From assembly GCF_009557235.1 (NCBI RefSeq), contig NZ_CP045650.1, positions 570,001-602,000 on the forward strand: a stretch of 32,000 nt of DNA, in the 5' to 3' direction. Position 1 is the stretch's first letter. Each line of letters opens with the position of its first letter. Positions 7,444-17,068 of the stretch are shown here, piece by piece. The DNA comes from Acinetobacter wanghuae (GTDB lineage Bacteria > Pseudomonadota > Gammaproteobacteria > Pseudomonadales > Moraxellaceae). The notes under the pieces were generated by a model, which saw nothing but the letters and a program-made list of their open reading frames with translations, searched no databases and was not told the origin of the DNA. The translations under genes and the position numbers were made by a program.

Positions 7444-10206
7444 TTAATGTGCCTCATCCCAATTCATGCCTTTACCCACTTCCACAATCAGTGGCACAGA
7501 GAGCGTCACGACAGATTGCATCACTTCAGCCAGTTTTGGTGCTAACTCATCAGCGATATCGGCATCCACTTCAAACACCAATTCATCGTGCACTTGTAGT
7601 AGCATTTTGGCTTGATCTTTCGGGAGCATTTTTTCGACTTCAATCATCGCCATTTTAATAATATCTGCCGCAGAACCTTGTAATGGTGCATTAATTGCTG
7701 CACGTTCCGCGCCTTTACGCACCATCATATTGCGTGCATCAATGTCTGGTGTATACAAGCGGCGACCTGAAATAGTTTCGACAAAACCTTGATCTAGTGC
7801 GACTTGGCGCGTGCGCTGCATGTATTCGTAAATACCCGGATAACGATGGAAATATTGCTTGATGTAGTCCTGCGATTCTTGACGGGTAAAGCCCAATTGG
7901 CGGGTTAAACCAAACTCAGACATACCGTAAAGTAGACCGAAGTTGACCGCTTTAGCTTGGCGACGTTGATCGTTAGTGACATCGTCAAACGCAATTCCCA
8001 AGACTTCAGCCGCAGTACGACGATGTACGTCCTGACCGTGATTGAAGGCATGTACCAAAGCTTCATCTTGTGAGAAATGCGCCATTAAACGCAATTCAAT
8101 TTGCGAATAATCGGCTGCAAGTAACACGCGACCTTCAGGGGCAACAAAGGCTTTACGAATTTGGCGCCCAATTTCTTCACGCACTGGAATATTTTGCAAG
8201 TTTGGATCAGTAGACGATAAACGACCGGTTGCAGTGAGTGCTTGATGATAACTGGTATGTACACGTCCGCTATCGTTGTTGGCTTGTTTTGATAAGCCAT
8301 CGGTATAGGTGCTTTTCAGTTTAGATAAGCCCCGATATTCCAAAATCAGCGCTGCAATCGGATGGTCGAGTTTTTCTAAAATGCTTTCACTGGTGCTGTA
8401 TTGACCCGTCGAGGTTTTCTTGCCGCCTTTTAAGCCTAATTTTTCAAACAAGACTTCACCGACTTGCTTCGGTGAGCTGACATTAAAGCTTTCACCTGCC
8501 AATTCAACAATTTGATTTTCTAAATTTTGAATGGTTTGTGCAAATTCTTCACTGAGTTGATCTAAGAAATTCACATTCAATTGAATGCCATTTTCTTCCA
8601 TTTGCGTTAAGACACGTGCCACAGGCATTTCAATACGATGCAAAATTTCGCTCAGTTCAGGATGAGCTTTCAGTTTTTCATCCAATACTTCATACAAACG
8701 ATAAGTAACATGCGCATCTTCAGCGGCATAATGTGCAGCTGTTTCAATCTCAATTTGATTAAAGGTTTTTTGTTTTGCGCCTTTACCTGCGACTTGCTCA
8801 AAAGTCGTGGTGAAATGACTTAAGTACAAGCGTGCAACATCATCCATACCATGACGTGTTGCTACAGAGTTCAGCACATACGATGCCAACATGGTATCGA
8901 AATACCAACCTTTTAAATGAATGCCATGATTTTCTAACACATGCGCATCATATTTCAGATGGTGCCCAATTTTATCAATACTTTCATCTTCTAAAATTGG
9001 TTTAATTTGGTTTAAAACGGTGTCGCGGTCAAGCTGCGCAGGCGCGCCTTCATAATCATGTGCAAGTGGCACGTAATAGGCGTCTTTGCCATCAAATGCC
9101 ACTGAGAAACCGACAATTTCTGCAATACGATAATCCAAACTCGTCGTTTCAGTATCAAAGGCAAAACGTTTTTCAGTGCTTAAACGTTGAAAGAGGGCAT
9201 CCCAATCGGCTTGCATTAACACCGTATGATAGGTCGCTTGTCCGAGTTGATCATCACCGCTAGTTTGGCTTGCTTGATCTTCAATGGCTGCAACAGACTC
9301 AGGGGTTTTGGCACTGATCGATTTCGCTGCCTGTTTATAATTGGCATTGTTTGGATTATTGGGATGATCTAAAGACTGTAACTGATTACGGAATTCGAGT
9401 TCAGTATATAAGGCACGTAGTGCTTCGACATTTGGTTCAGTAATGCGTAAATCGTCATAAGTCAGATTGAGGTCGAGATCAATAACAATGCTCGCCAATT
9501 GATGGTCAAGGGTAATGCCTTCAACGCTATCTTTAATATTTTGACCAACTTTCCCTTTAATTTTATCGACGTTTTCTAAAATACCGCCAATCGAGCCATA
9601 TTCCGTCAATAATTTGGCTGCAGTTTTTGCCCCAACACCAGGAACGCCCATAATGCCATCAGAGGCATCACCCATCAGCGTTAGATAATCAATAATTTGA
9701 TGTGGCCATACGCCAAATTTATCAAAGACGCCTTGCACGTCCATCGGTTTATCTTTAAAGCTGTCTTCTAAGGTCACTTTTTCCGTGACCAACTGCGCCA
9801 TGTCTTTGTCGCCAGTCGAAATTAGGACTTGATGACCTGCAGCTTCAGCACGTTTTGCAAGTGTGCCAATGACGTCATCGGCTTCTGCACCGGGTAAGGT
9901 GTGCAATGGAATACCAAGCGCACGAATCAGTGCATGCAAATAAGGAATTTGTTCGGACAAATCATCCGGCATGCTAGGGCGATCACCTTTATATATCGGT
10001 GACAACACGTGACGAAATGTCGGTTCAGGCGTATCAAAAATGACCGCCATATGCGTTGGTCCAATACGGCGCATCAATTTTTGGATGGCAGAAATCGCAC
10101 CACGGATTGCGTTGGTGTGCAAACCGGTTGAAGTGGTTAATGGTGGCAGTGCGTGGTAGGCACGAAATAAAAAGTATGAGCCATCGACCAAAACAAATGG
10201 TGGCAT
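7444..10206 (-). CDS. polA: DNA polymerase I
   Basis: 920 aa starting MPPFVLVDGSYFLFRAYHALPPL (5' nuclease domain). It contains 3'-5' exonuclease motifs (FAFDTETTSL, YAAEDA) and polymerase motifs (DYSQIELR, RRQAKAVNFGLLYG, QVHDEL). AAGGAA lies 7 nt upstream of the ATG at 10206. The track start at 10281 is a GTG extension. Confidence 0.96.
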   Translation of the reverse strand: MPPFVLVDGSYFLFRAYHALPPLTTSTGLHTNAIRGAISAIQKLMRRIGPTHMAVIFDTPEPTFRHVLSPIYKGDRPSMPDDLSEQIPYLHALIRALGIPLHTLPGAEADDVIGTLAKRAEAAGHQVLISTGDKDMAQLVTEKVTLEDSFKDKPMDVQGVFDKFGVWPHQIIDYLTLMGDASDGIMGVPGVGAKTAAKLLTEYGSIGGILENVDKIKGKVGQNIKDSVEGITLDHQLASIVIDLDLNLTYDDLRITEPNVEALRALYTELEFRNQLQSLDHPNNPNNANYKQAAKSISAKTPESVAAIEDQASQTSGDDQLGQATYHTVLMQADWDALFQRLSTEKRFAFDTETTSLDYRIAEIVGFSVAFDGKDAYYVPLAHDYEGAPAQLDRDTVLNQIKPILEDESIDKIGHHLKYDAHVLENHGIHLKGWYFDTMLASYVLNSVATRHGMDDVARLYLSHFTTTFEQVAGKGAKQKTFNQIEIETAAHYAAEDAHVTYRLYEVLDEKLKAHPELSEILHRIEMPVARVLTQMEENGIQLNVNFLDQLSEEFAQTIQNLENQIVELAGESFNVSSPKQVGEVLFEKLGLKGGKKTSTGQYSTSESILEKLDHPIAALILEYRGLSKLKSTYTDGLSKQANNDSGRVHTSYHQALTATGRLSSTDPNLQNIPVREEIGRQIRKAFVAPEGRVLLAADYSQIELRLMAHFSQDEALVHAFNHGQDVHRRTAAEVLGIAFDDVTNDQRRQAKAVNFGLLYGMSEFGLTRQLGFTRQESQDYIKQYFHRYPGIYEYMQRTRQVALDQGFVETISGRRLYTPDIDARNMMVRKGAERAAINAPLQGSAADIIKMAMIEVEKMLPKDQAKMLLQVHDELVFEVDADIADELAPKLAEVMQSVVTLSVPLIVEVGKGMNWDEAH

Positions 10207-10354
10207 TGAAAGATTCCTTATCCAAATAACCTTGTTATTGTACGTGATTTTTAGGGTGTACGCAGAGACAACACGATACACAGCTTATCGAATATTGTGC
10301 GAAGATGAAATAAGCAACGAAAGCTGATATATCATGGAACGCTAAGGATGTGGA

Positions 10355-13075
10355 ATGACAAGAATGACAACAGGACGAAATGAATTGCGCATGATTTGGC
10401 TGGTCAGTTTACTGATTTTAGCGGCAAGTACATGGTATTTAGATCAACGCGTATTAAGTTTATTTTGTGGTTTGGGTTTTTTGGTCAGCGTGATGCAATA
10501 CGTGACGGCTGTTCAAGTCCCAACGGAGTCGATGGCGCAAGCGCTTAACGTTCCTATTCGGCGTAATTCCAAAGTTCCTCTGTATATTGCTTCTATTGTG
10601 GCAGTAATTGGTGCTGTGAGCGGCTTAAATTGGCTCATGGGAATTGGTATCACAGCATGGATTTATTTTCTATTACGCTGGTTGCAACGGTTAGAAATTT
10701 CGATGCTGAGCATTCAAACGCGGCTGCAACATCAACATACTGTAAATCAATCTGTGGTTTTGCCAGCGCTAACTGAACATATAGACACGCAACAAGTCAC
10801 AGCTACGTCAGAGAATAGAGACAGTAATTTTGTAGAACAAATCCAAGCTTGGATTTTTCAGGGAAATCCGGTTTTAAAAGCTGCCATTGTGATTTTAATG
10901 GTTGGGGTGATTTTATTATTGCGTTTTGCCACTGAAAATTGGCAGATCAGTTTAGCAACTAAACTTGGCATCGTTGCTTTAGTCAGTGCAGCAGTGACCT
11001 TTATGGGGTATATGCTACAGCGCAAAAACCGAAGTTTTGCCTTAGCTTTAGAAGGCTTAGGGCTCGGGGTATTATTCCTGACGCTGTTTTTCGCCTATTA
11101 CAACTTAGTCATTCCAGTGCTTATTGTCGCAGCAGTATTATTCTTGGGCATTATGCTCGTCACGCTTTTTTTAAGCTTAAAACAAGAAAGTGTTGAATTG
11201 GCATTAATGGCGATGTTGATTGCTTATATCGCGCCCTTTACCTTGCCCATCCGTGAAGCAACTTCTGTTGAATTTATCAGTTATTACTTGGTGATTAATC
11301 TTGCTGTTGCGGTCTTGAGCAGTTTAAGACCTTGGAAAATGCTGAATCAAATTGCATTTTTGATCACTGCCATTGTCGGTGGAATCTATGGTTTGCTGCA
11401 TATCCAGCAGTCAGATCGGTTTATGCTGACCGCTTTGATTTTGGCGCATAGTGCGGTCTTTATTTGGCTCGGACTACGTTTCAGTCAATTACTCGCTCAA
11501 TCCGATTTACATCAATTTAAACTCAAACCTATTCTTGACATTGCCCTTATTTTTGCAGCACCCATTACTGCTTATGCATTTTTATATCTCATTCATTTTA
11601 ACGACATTATCTGGCAGGCAGGTCTGAGCTTAATTTTTGCTGTTGTCTTTGCATGTTGTTGGATGTGGACGCGGCGTAGTCAAACGATTGCCTTTGTCGC
11701 ACAGAGTTATTTGAGTTTAATGCTGATTTTCTTGGCCTTGATTCCACCGATTTTGTTGAAAGGAGAGTGGAGCGTCATCGGATGGGCACTGGAGGGCGCA
11801 GTGATTTATGTATGGGCTTTAGAACGGAATGTAAATGTAGCGCGTTATCTGAGTATGGGTTTTTTACTCATGGCAGGCGCGTCAAGTTTGTATTATTTAG
11901 TTGAAATGAATCCAAGCCCCAATCATATTTTCTGGCTATTAAGCAGTGTGTATTTGATGGTGGTGCTCATCAGTCAGCTTAAAGCCAAGTATGAGCAACA
12001 ACTCGATACTTTAGCAGTCAGTTTCCTCAGCCTGCTCAGTTTTTCGGGCAGTTTAATGTTGCTGATACTCATTCAAGACCAATTGCCATTTCAAGACAAT
12101 GATGTATTGAGTCTACTGATTGTGGTGATCATCTTTAGCTTAATGAATGAGCTGATTTCGCGACAAAATAAAACTTGGACATGGTCACTTCCAAAATGGA
12201 GTGGGATTGCACCTTTAATGCTAATCGCCATTATTCTCATATTTGATCAGAGCCAAAATGCCATGATCATATGGGATAGCCATCAAGAACGTTGGACCTT
12301 TGCGCTAGCGGCATTGTTGCTCAGCCGATTATGGGTGCATCCAATTTCAGCGTTACATCTATCGAAAGAAGTCGTAAGTTTTGGGGTACTCCTCAGCTTA
12401 GCCTTATGTAGCTTAAGTTTTATTCCGACCTTGCCTTATATCAGTATGGTCATTTTACTGCTGCTGTTTTGTGGTTGGAGTTATCAGCAGAAAGCGCAAT
12501 CGCTTTGGCATTTGATTTGGCAAACTAAGAGTAGTGTTGCACTGATGCTCACGTGGATGATCTGTTCTCAGCTCTTTAGTCAACACGCCTTTAGCGCTTA
12601 TCTTTTGCCTATTTTGAATCCATTCGATTTGGTGAGTCTTGCTATGTTGACCGCATTTATGTGGGTATTGTTGCAACACATGAAACAAGAGCAAGATAAA
12701 GGCTTAATCGCTGTGATGATGGTACTTAGTTTACTGTGGCTCTCAAGCTATATTGTACTTCGCGCATTACATATTTATGTTCAAACCCCATTAAATAGCC
12801 TTGATGTTTGGAGCAATGCCACAGTGCAATTGAGTCTGACCATCCTGTGGGTATTGTTGGCATTTATGACCATGTGGATAGCTACATTCAAAAAACTGAA
12901 ACCACTTTGGATCTTGGGTGGAAGCATTTTGGTGGTAGTGACACTGAAACTTGTATTATTAGATTTATCACATACGGGCACATTAACGCGCGTACTTTCA
13001 TTCTTAATGGCAGGCGGTGTAATGCTCATCATTGCGTATATCGCACCGATGCCAGAGAGTTTAGAGAAGGAGTAG
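10355..13075 (+). CDS. Very large polytopic membrane protein, DUF2339-like
   Basis: 906 aa. AAGGA lies 6 nt upstream of the ATG. A short N-terminal membrane segment and a polar linker are followed by more than 20 hydrophobic helices to the C-terminus. The layout matches my recollection of DUF2339 proteins, but the family assignment is unverified. Confidence 0.7.
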   Translation: MTRMTTGRNELRMIWLVSLLILAASTWYLDQRVLSLFCGLGFLVSVMQYVTAVQVPTESMAQALNVPIRRNSKVPLYIASIVAVIGAVSGLNWLMGIGITAWIYFLLRWLQRLEISMLSIQTRLQHQHTVNQSVVLPALTEHIDTQQVTATSENRDSNFVEQIQAWIFQGNPVLKAAIVILMVGVILLLRFATENWQISLATKLGIVALVSAAVTFMGYMLQRKNRSFALALEGLGLGVLFLTLFFAYYNLVIPVLIVAAVLFLGIMLVTLFLSLKQESVELALMAMLIAYIAPFTLPIREATSVEFISYYLVINLAVAVLSSLRPWKMLNQIAFLITAIVGGIYGLLHIQQSDRFMLTALILAHSAVFIWLGLRFSQLLAQSDLHQFKLKPILDIALIFAAPITAYAFLYLIHFNDIIWQAGLSLIFAVVFACCWMWTRRSQTIAFVAQSYLSLMLIFLALIPPILLKGEWSVIGWALEGAVIYVWALERNVNVARYLSMGFLLMAGASSLYYLVEMNPSPNHIFWLLSSVYLMVVLISQLKAKYEQQLDTLAVSFLSLLSFSGSLMLLILIQDQLPFQDNDVLSLLIVVIIFSLMNELISRQNKTWTWSLPKWSGIAPLMLIAIILIFDQSQNAMIIWDSHQERWTFALAALLLSRLWVHPISALHLSKEVVSFGVLLSLALCSLSFIPTLPYISMVILLLLFCGWSYQQKAQSLWHLIWQTKSSVALMLTWMICSQLFSQHAFSAYLLPILNPFDLVSLAMLTAFMWVLLQHMKQEQDKGLIAVMMVLSLLWLSSYIVLRALHIYVQTPLNSLDVWSNATVQLSLTILWVLLAFMTMWIATFKKLKPLWILGGSILVVVTLKLVLLDLSHTGTLTRVLSFLMAGGVMLIIAYIAPMPESLEKE

Positions 13076-13146
13076 TGAGCGGTTCCTGACCTGCCTTCTA
13101 AACCACTGTCAGTTACGAGAAATATAAAAATAATGTCACTAGTACG

Positions 13147-13178
13147 CCCCCTCCGTGGGGAGAGGGGTATGAGGAATA
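13147..13178 (+). repeat. Hairpin-plus-tail intergenic repeat, copy C
   Basis: CCCCTC(13148-13153)/GAGGGG(13162-13167) hairpin followed by TATGAGGAAT. The tail resembles GAGGGGTTTGGGGAGATT of copy B. It lies in the convergent gap between the DUF2339-like gene and the MscS-family gene. Confidence 0.35.
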
Positions 13179-13187
13179 GAATTTAAA

Positions 13188-14114
13188 TTATTTTAGATCA
13201 GGCTCGCGTTTGATTGCTTCTGCATTGGAATATTGATCAATTTCTTCATTGTCTAAAGGTTGCGCAGGTGGTTGACCGACAAAGCCCATTTTCGGCACTG
13301 GAATTTCAATCTGATTCTCGACAAAGCCATTACGAATCCGTTCATGCATTTCATCTTTCACTTTTAAAAAGTTATTTTGTTGACACCAGATAGCGAATAA
13401 CAATTCAATCGATGATTCACGAAAGGCAGTGACGGTAACCGCAGGTTTTGGATCGGAAAGAACCAATGGATATTTGCTCGCAACGTCTAACAACACCTCA
13501 CGCACTTTAATAATATCTTCATGGAAATTAATCGCGAGTGTGATCGGAATACGCCGTATTGGGAATTTAGATAAATTATGTACAGGCGCGCGAATTAACT
13601 GCTCATTCGGGACACGGACATAGACATTATCAACCGTTAATAATTTAACTGACAATAAGTCAATCGAAATGACTTCACCTTCAACCGTATGACCGCGAAG
13701 CAACGTCAATTGAATGGTATCACCCACTTCAAATGATCCTTCGCCAATCAAGAACATACCGCTAATTAAATTCGAGGCAGACGTTTGCGAAGCAAAACCG
13801 ATCGCCACCGAAAGTATGCCGGCCGCACCTAAGAAGACACTCAGTTTAAATCCAGCTTCTTTGAGACTTGCCATCACAAAAATTAAGAAGATGAAATAGA
13901 AAATCCCGCGTCGCCATACCAATTGTTGATGGGCATTAAAACGTGTACCAATGGTGCGAATAAACGCATTAGAGACAAAACGTGCGATCAAAAAACCAAT
14001 GAAACATAGCACAATCGCCACCAAGATTTCGGTTAAACGATCGGTATTAATATTGGTAAAAATCCCTTTAATACTATTGGTGACTTCGCCTGAAATTGTA
14101 GAATTAGCCATCAT
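13188..14114 (-). CDS. Small-conductance mechanosensitive channel (MscS family)
   Basis: 308 aa with three N-terminal TM helices. The pore-helix signature AAGILSVAIGFASQTSASNLISGMFLI is followed by the beta-domain motif FEVGDTIQL...GEVISIDLLSVKL. Confidence 0.9.
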   Translation of the reverse strand: MMANSTISGEVTNSIKGIFTNINTDRLTEILVAIVLCFIGFLIARFVSNAFIRTIGTRFNAHQQLVWRRGIFYFIFLIFVMASLKEAGFKLSVFLGAAGILSVAIGFASQTSASNLISGMFLIGEGSFEVGDTIQLTLLRGHTVEGEVISIDLLSVKLLTVDNVYVRVPNEQLIRAPVHNLSKFPIRRIPITLAINFHEDIIKVREVLLDVASKYPLVLSDPKPAVTVTAFRESSIELLFAIWCQQNNFLKVKDEMHERIRNGFVENQIEIPVPKMGFVGQPPAQPLDNEEIDQYSNAEAIKREPDLK

Positions 14115-14120
14115 CCACCC

Positions 14121-14981
14121 TTAGAAAAATGAGTCAAACATGTTGAAAAGTGTGCCCGCGGGGTCACGCGGTGGATGTAAATAGGCAACTTCACCTGCAT
14201 TGGGCGGTGTTCTATTTTCAACGCGAATGCGAGGAGGGCGTTCCGAACTTTCATGCATAACTTTAATTTGTGAGGTCCATAAGCGTTGGGTACTTTCACT
14301 GAAAAATAACGGTAATGCAGGTACAGGCACATTCATCCGATCAAAGCGTAATTGCTGATGACTGGTATTATGAAATTCAATCGGCGTTACGGCACGAAAG
14401 GCACGTGGGCGGAGCAGTTGCAATTCAGTCCGCCCATCAACTGCTGTCGCATAGCAAACTTCACCAGTACGATGGTTCGGTCCAAACCAAGTGTCTTTGG
14501 GTAAAATCACTGGAATATCAAAGATTGGCTCTTTTTGCCCCTCAATAAAACCTGCAATCCATAACGGTGTACTGATATAGAGCGTGCCACGCTGACCCGC
14601 AGGAATATAAATCGGATCTACGGGTTTAATCACAACAGAGCGATCGGCAAGACGCGGCATCAGTTGAATCTTGTCTTGCGTCGATTTGAACATATAGCGT
14701 TCAATTTTTACTGGTTGCGGGAAGCCGAAATTTGCATCTTCTATCGTATGCCATTTTTGTTCGTAATCGTACTGCACAACCGGGCGATAATATTCTAAAC
14801 GCCACTCTTGTAAGCCACGCGTGATCCGAAACAATAAAGATCCGAATTGCCATGCTTTAGATTGATTAATTTCAAATGCATACTCGCCCCACCAAGGCTG
14901 AATGGGTGCAGTTTCTATGGGTGATTCGGTGTGATCGAACGGCAATGCTGAGTCCTTTTCTGATGAATTCTTTGCAAACAT
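14121..14981 (-). CDS. Conserved-looking hypothetical protein, no recognised domain, coupled to the MscS-family gene
   Basis: 286-aa uninterrupted ORF with genome-typical codon usage and no signal peptide or TM segment. It is Trp/Pro/aromatic-rich. Its TAA stop lies 6 nt before the mscS-like ATG, inside that gene's GGGTGG ribosome-binding region. Confidence 0.7.
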   Translation of the reverse strand: MFAKNSSEKDSALPFDHTESPIETAPIQPWWGEYAFEINQSKAWQFGSLLFRITRGLQEWRLEYYRPVVQYDYEQKWHTIEDANFGFPQPVKIERYMFKSTQDKIQLMPRLADRSVVIKPVDPIYIPAGQRGTLYISTPLWIAGFIEGQKEPIFDIPVILPKDTWFGPNHRTGEVCYATAVDGRTELQLLRPRAFRAVTPIEFHNTSHQQLRFDRMNVPVPALPLFFSESTQRLWTSQIKVMHESSERPPRIRVENRTPPNAGEVAYLHPPRDPAGTLFNMFDSFF

Positions 14982-15048
14982 ACTTCACGCTGTCATATGC
15001 TTAGAGTACACTCAATTTAAATTTTTTCATCATTATTATAAGACTGCG

Positions 15049-16536
15049 ATGCACGTACTTAAACAATTACAAATTCCTTATACCTTTGCCAAGCGCCATG
15101 GGGTGTTGTTGCGTTACGAAGGTGATCAAGCGTTCATTGTGCGTCGTGAAAATACATCGATGCTGGCATTGCAAGAAGCACGTCGCGTTTTAGGACATCC
15201 TGCACAGTATCAACTGTGTACTGAACAACAATTTAATCAGCTTTTAAGTAGTAGTTTTGCAGGCGATAGTGGTGAATCACAACAAGTTGCCGCAGGTTTA
15301 GAAGATCATCCCGATTTACTCAGTCTTGCCGACTCTGTCCCTGAAGCTGAAGATTTGATGGATCAGGAAGATGATGCTCCGATTGTACGGCTGATTAATG
15401 CATTGTTATCAGAGGCCATTCGTGTTGGTGCTTCGGATATTCACATCGAATCTTTTGAAAAAAAATTATCTGTGCGTTTACGTGTCGATGGTCAACTACG
15501 CGAAATTGTGCAACCGCGTCGTGAACTTGCACCGCTTTTGGTGTCACGTATTAAAGTCATGGCAAAACTCGATATTGCAGAAAAACGCATTCCTCAGGAT
15601 GGACGTATTTCATTGCGCTTAGCCGGTCGTGAAGTGGATGTCCGTGTATCAACGTTGCCATCGTCTTATGGTGAACGTGTGGTGATGCGTCTACTGGATA
15701 AACAAGCGGGTCGTTTAAACATGACCCATCTGGGGTTAAAAACGCCCGATTATGATCGACTAAAGACCTTGGTTCATCGTCCGCATGGCATTATTTTGGT
15801 CACGGGTCCAACAGGTTCGGGTAAAACCACGACGCTTTATGCGGCATTGTCCGATTTAAATGACGGCTCAAAAAATATTTTAACTGCTGAAGATCCGATC
15901 GAATATCAATTAGAAGGTATTGGACAAACACAGGTCAATACCAAAGTGGATATGACGTTTGCGCGCGCTTTAAAAGCCATGCTACGTCAAGACCCTGATG
16001 TGGTGATGGTCGGTGAGATTCGTGATTTGGAAACAGCAGAAATTGCCGTTCAAGCCTCACTCACAGGTCATTTGGTTCTTTCAACCTTACATACCAATAC
16101 TGCGATTGGTGCAGTCACGCGTTTAAAAGACATGGGGATTGAGCCATTTTTGCTATCGAGTTCGTTAATTGGGGTGATTGCACAGCGGTTGGTACGCACT
16201 TTATGTTCACATTGTACGACTTGGCACCAAGCCGATGAGTTTGAACAAGGCTTATTTGCTCATGTGCATGAAGGAACAGCCTTAGAATTGCCTAAGCCAA
16301 ATGGTTGTGAACATTGTTCTAATACTGGCTTTATGGGACGAACTGCCATTTATGAGATTGTCCCTGTCGATGATCATATGCGCCGTCTTATTCATGGCAA
16401 TGCGGCTGAATATGACATTGAACGTTATGCACGTCAGCTATCAGGTTCAATTCGTGATGATGGTTTACGTAAAGTCCTTGCAGGAAAAACCACAGTTGAA
16501 GAAGTGCTACGCGTGACCAATGAAGCTGCTGAGTAG
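15049..16536 (+). CDS. gspE: Type II secretion system ATPase GspE
   Basis: N-terminal IPYTFAKRHGVLL (GspE N1 domain), Walker A GPTGSGKTTT, Asp box, Walker B DPDVVMVGEIRD, His box LVLSTLHTN and the tetracysteine CSHC...CEHC motif. Confidence 0.9.
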   Translation: MHVLKQLQIPYTFAKRHGVLLRYEGDQAFIVRRENTSMLALQEARRVLGHPAQYQLCTEQQFNQLLSSSFAGDSGESQQVAAGLEDHPDLLSLADSVPEAEDLMDQEDDAPIVRLINALLSEAIRVGASDIHIESFEKKLSVRLRVDGQLREIVQPRRELAPLLVSRIKVMAKLDIAEKRIPQDGRISLRLAGREVDVRVSTLPSSYGERVVMRLLDKQAGRLNMTHLGLKTPDYDRLKTLVHRPHGIILVTGPTGSGKTTTLYAALSDLNDGSKNILTAEDPIEYQLEGIGQTQVNTKVDMTFARALKAMLRQDPDVVMVGEIRDLETAEIAVQASLTGHLVLSTLHTNTAIGAVTRLKDMGIEPFLLSSSLIGVIAQRLVRTLCSHCTTWHQADEFEQGLFAHVHEGTALELPKPNGCEHCSNTGFMGRTAIYEIVPVDDHMRRLIHGNAAEYDIERYARQLSGSIRDDGLRKVLAGKTTVEEVLRVTNEAAE

Positions 16537-16540
16537 TTAG

Positions 16541-16567
16541 AAAAAAACCGCATGAATGCGGTTTTTT
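16541..16567 (+). terminator. Rho-independent terminator after gspE
   Basis: AAAAAAACCGCAT-GA-ATGCGGTTTTTT, 5 nt after the gspE stop. Confidence 0.8.
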
Positions 16568-16603
16568 AATAATTTGATTTCGCTAAAAATACATGTATCA
16601 CTG

Positions 16604-16635
16604 AAAAAATGCCCTCAAGGATGACTTCAGGGCAC
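16604..16635 (-). terminator. Rho-independent terminator after ohr
   Basis: Minus strand reads TGCCCTGAAG-TCATC-CTTGAGGGCA (one C-C mismatch) followed by TTTTTT. It lies 8 nt past the ohr stop. Confidence 0.6.
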
Positions 16636-16642
16636 ATCACTC

Positions 16643-17068
16643 TTAAGTGAGAACATTCAGCGTTACATCAATGTTGCCACGTGTTGCATTTGAATAAGGG
16701 CAAACAATGTGTGCTGCATCTACAAGCTTCTGCGCTTCAGTTGCATCCATCCCTTCTAGATGAATATTCAACGTTGCTTCAATTCCAAAGCCCGTTGGAA
16801 TTGGACCAATGCCAACTTCACCTTCAATATAAGCATCTTTAGGTAGGTTTAATTTATCTCGCCCTGCGACAAACTTCATTGCCCCTAAAAAACAGGCAGA
16901 ATAACCTGCTGCAAACAACTGTTCTGGATTGGCACCATTGCCTGATCCGCCCATTTCTTTCGGCACAGCAAGTTGCACGTCAAGACTGCCATCAGAAGAT
17001 GTCGCTCGACCATCACGACCACCGGTGGCTTTTGCATGCGCGGTATAGACTGTTTTTTCCAAACTCAT
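16643..17068 (-). CDS. ohr: Organic hydroperoxide resistance protein (Ohr, OsmC/Ohr family)
   Basis: MSLEKTVYTAHAKATGGRDGRATSSDGSLDV, the GYSACF first Cys motif and the VCPYSNATRGNI second Cys motif. AAGGA lies 7 nt upstream of the ATG at 17068, so the upstream ATG at 17083 is probably not the start. Confidence 0.9.
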   Translation of the reverse strand: MSLEKTVYTAHAKATGGRDGRATSSDGSLDVQLAVPKEMGGSGNGANPEQLFAAGYSACFLGAMKFVAGRDKLNLPKDAYIEGEVGIGPIPTGFGIEATLNIHLEGMDATEAQKLVDAAHIVCPYSNATRGNIDVTLNVLT

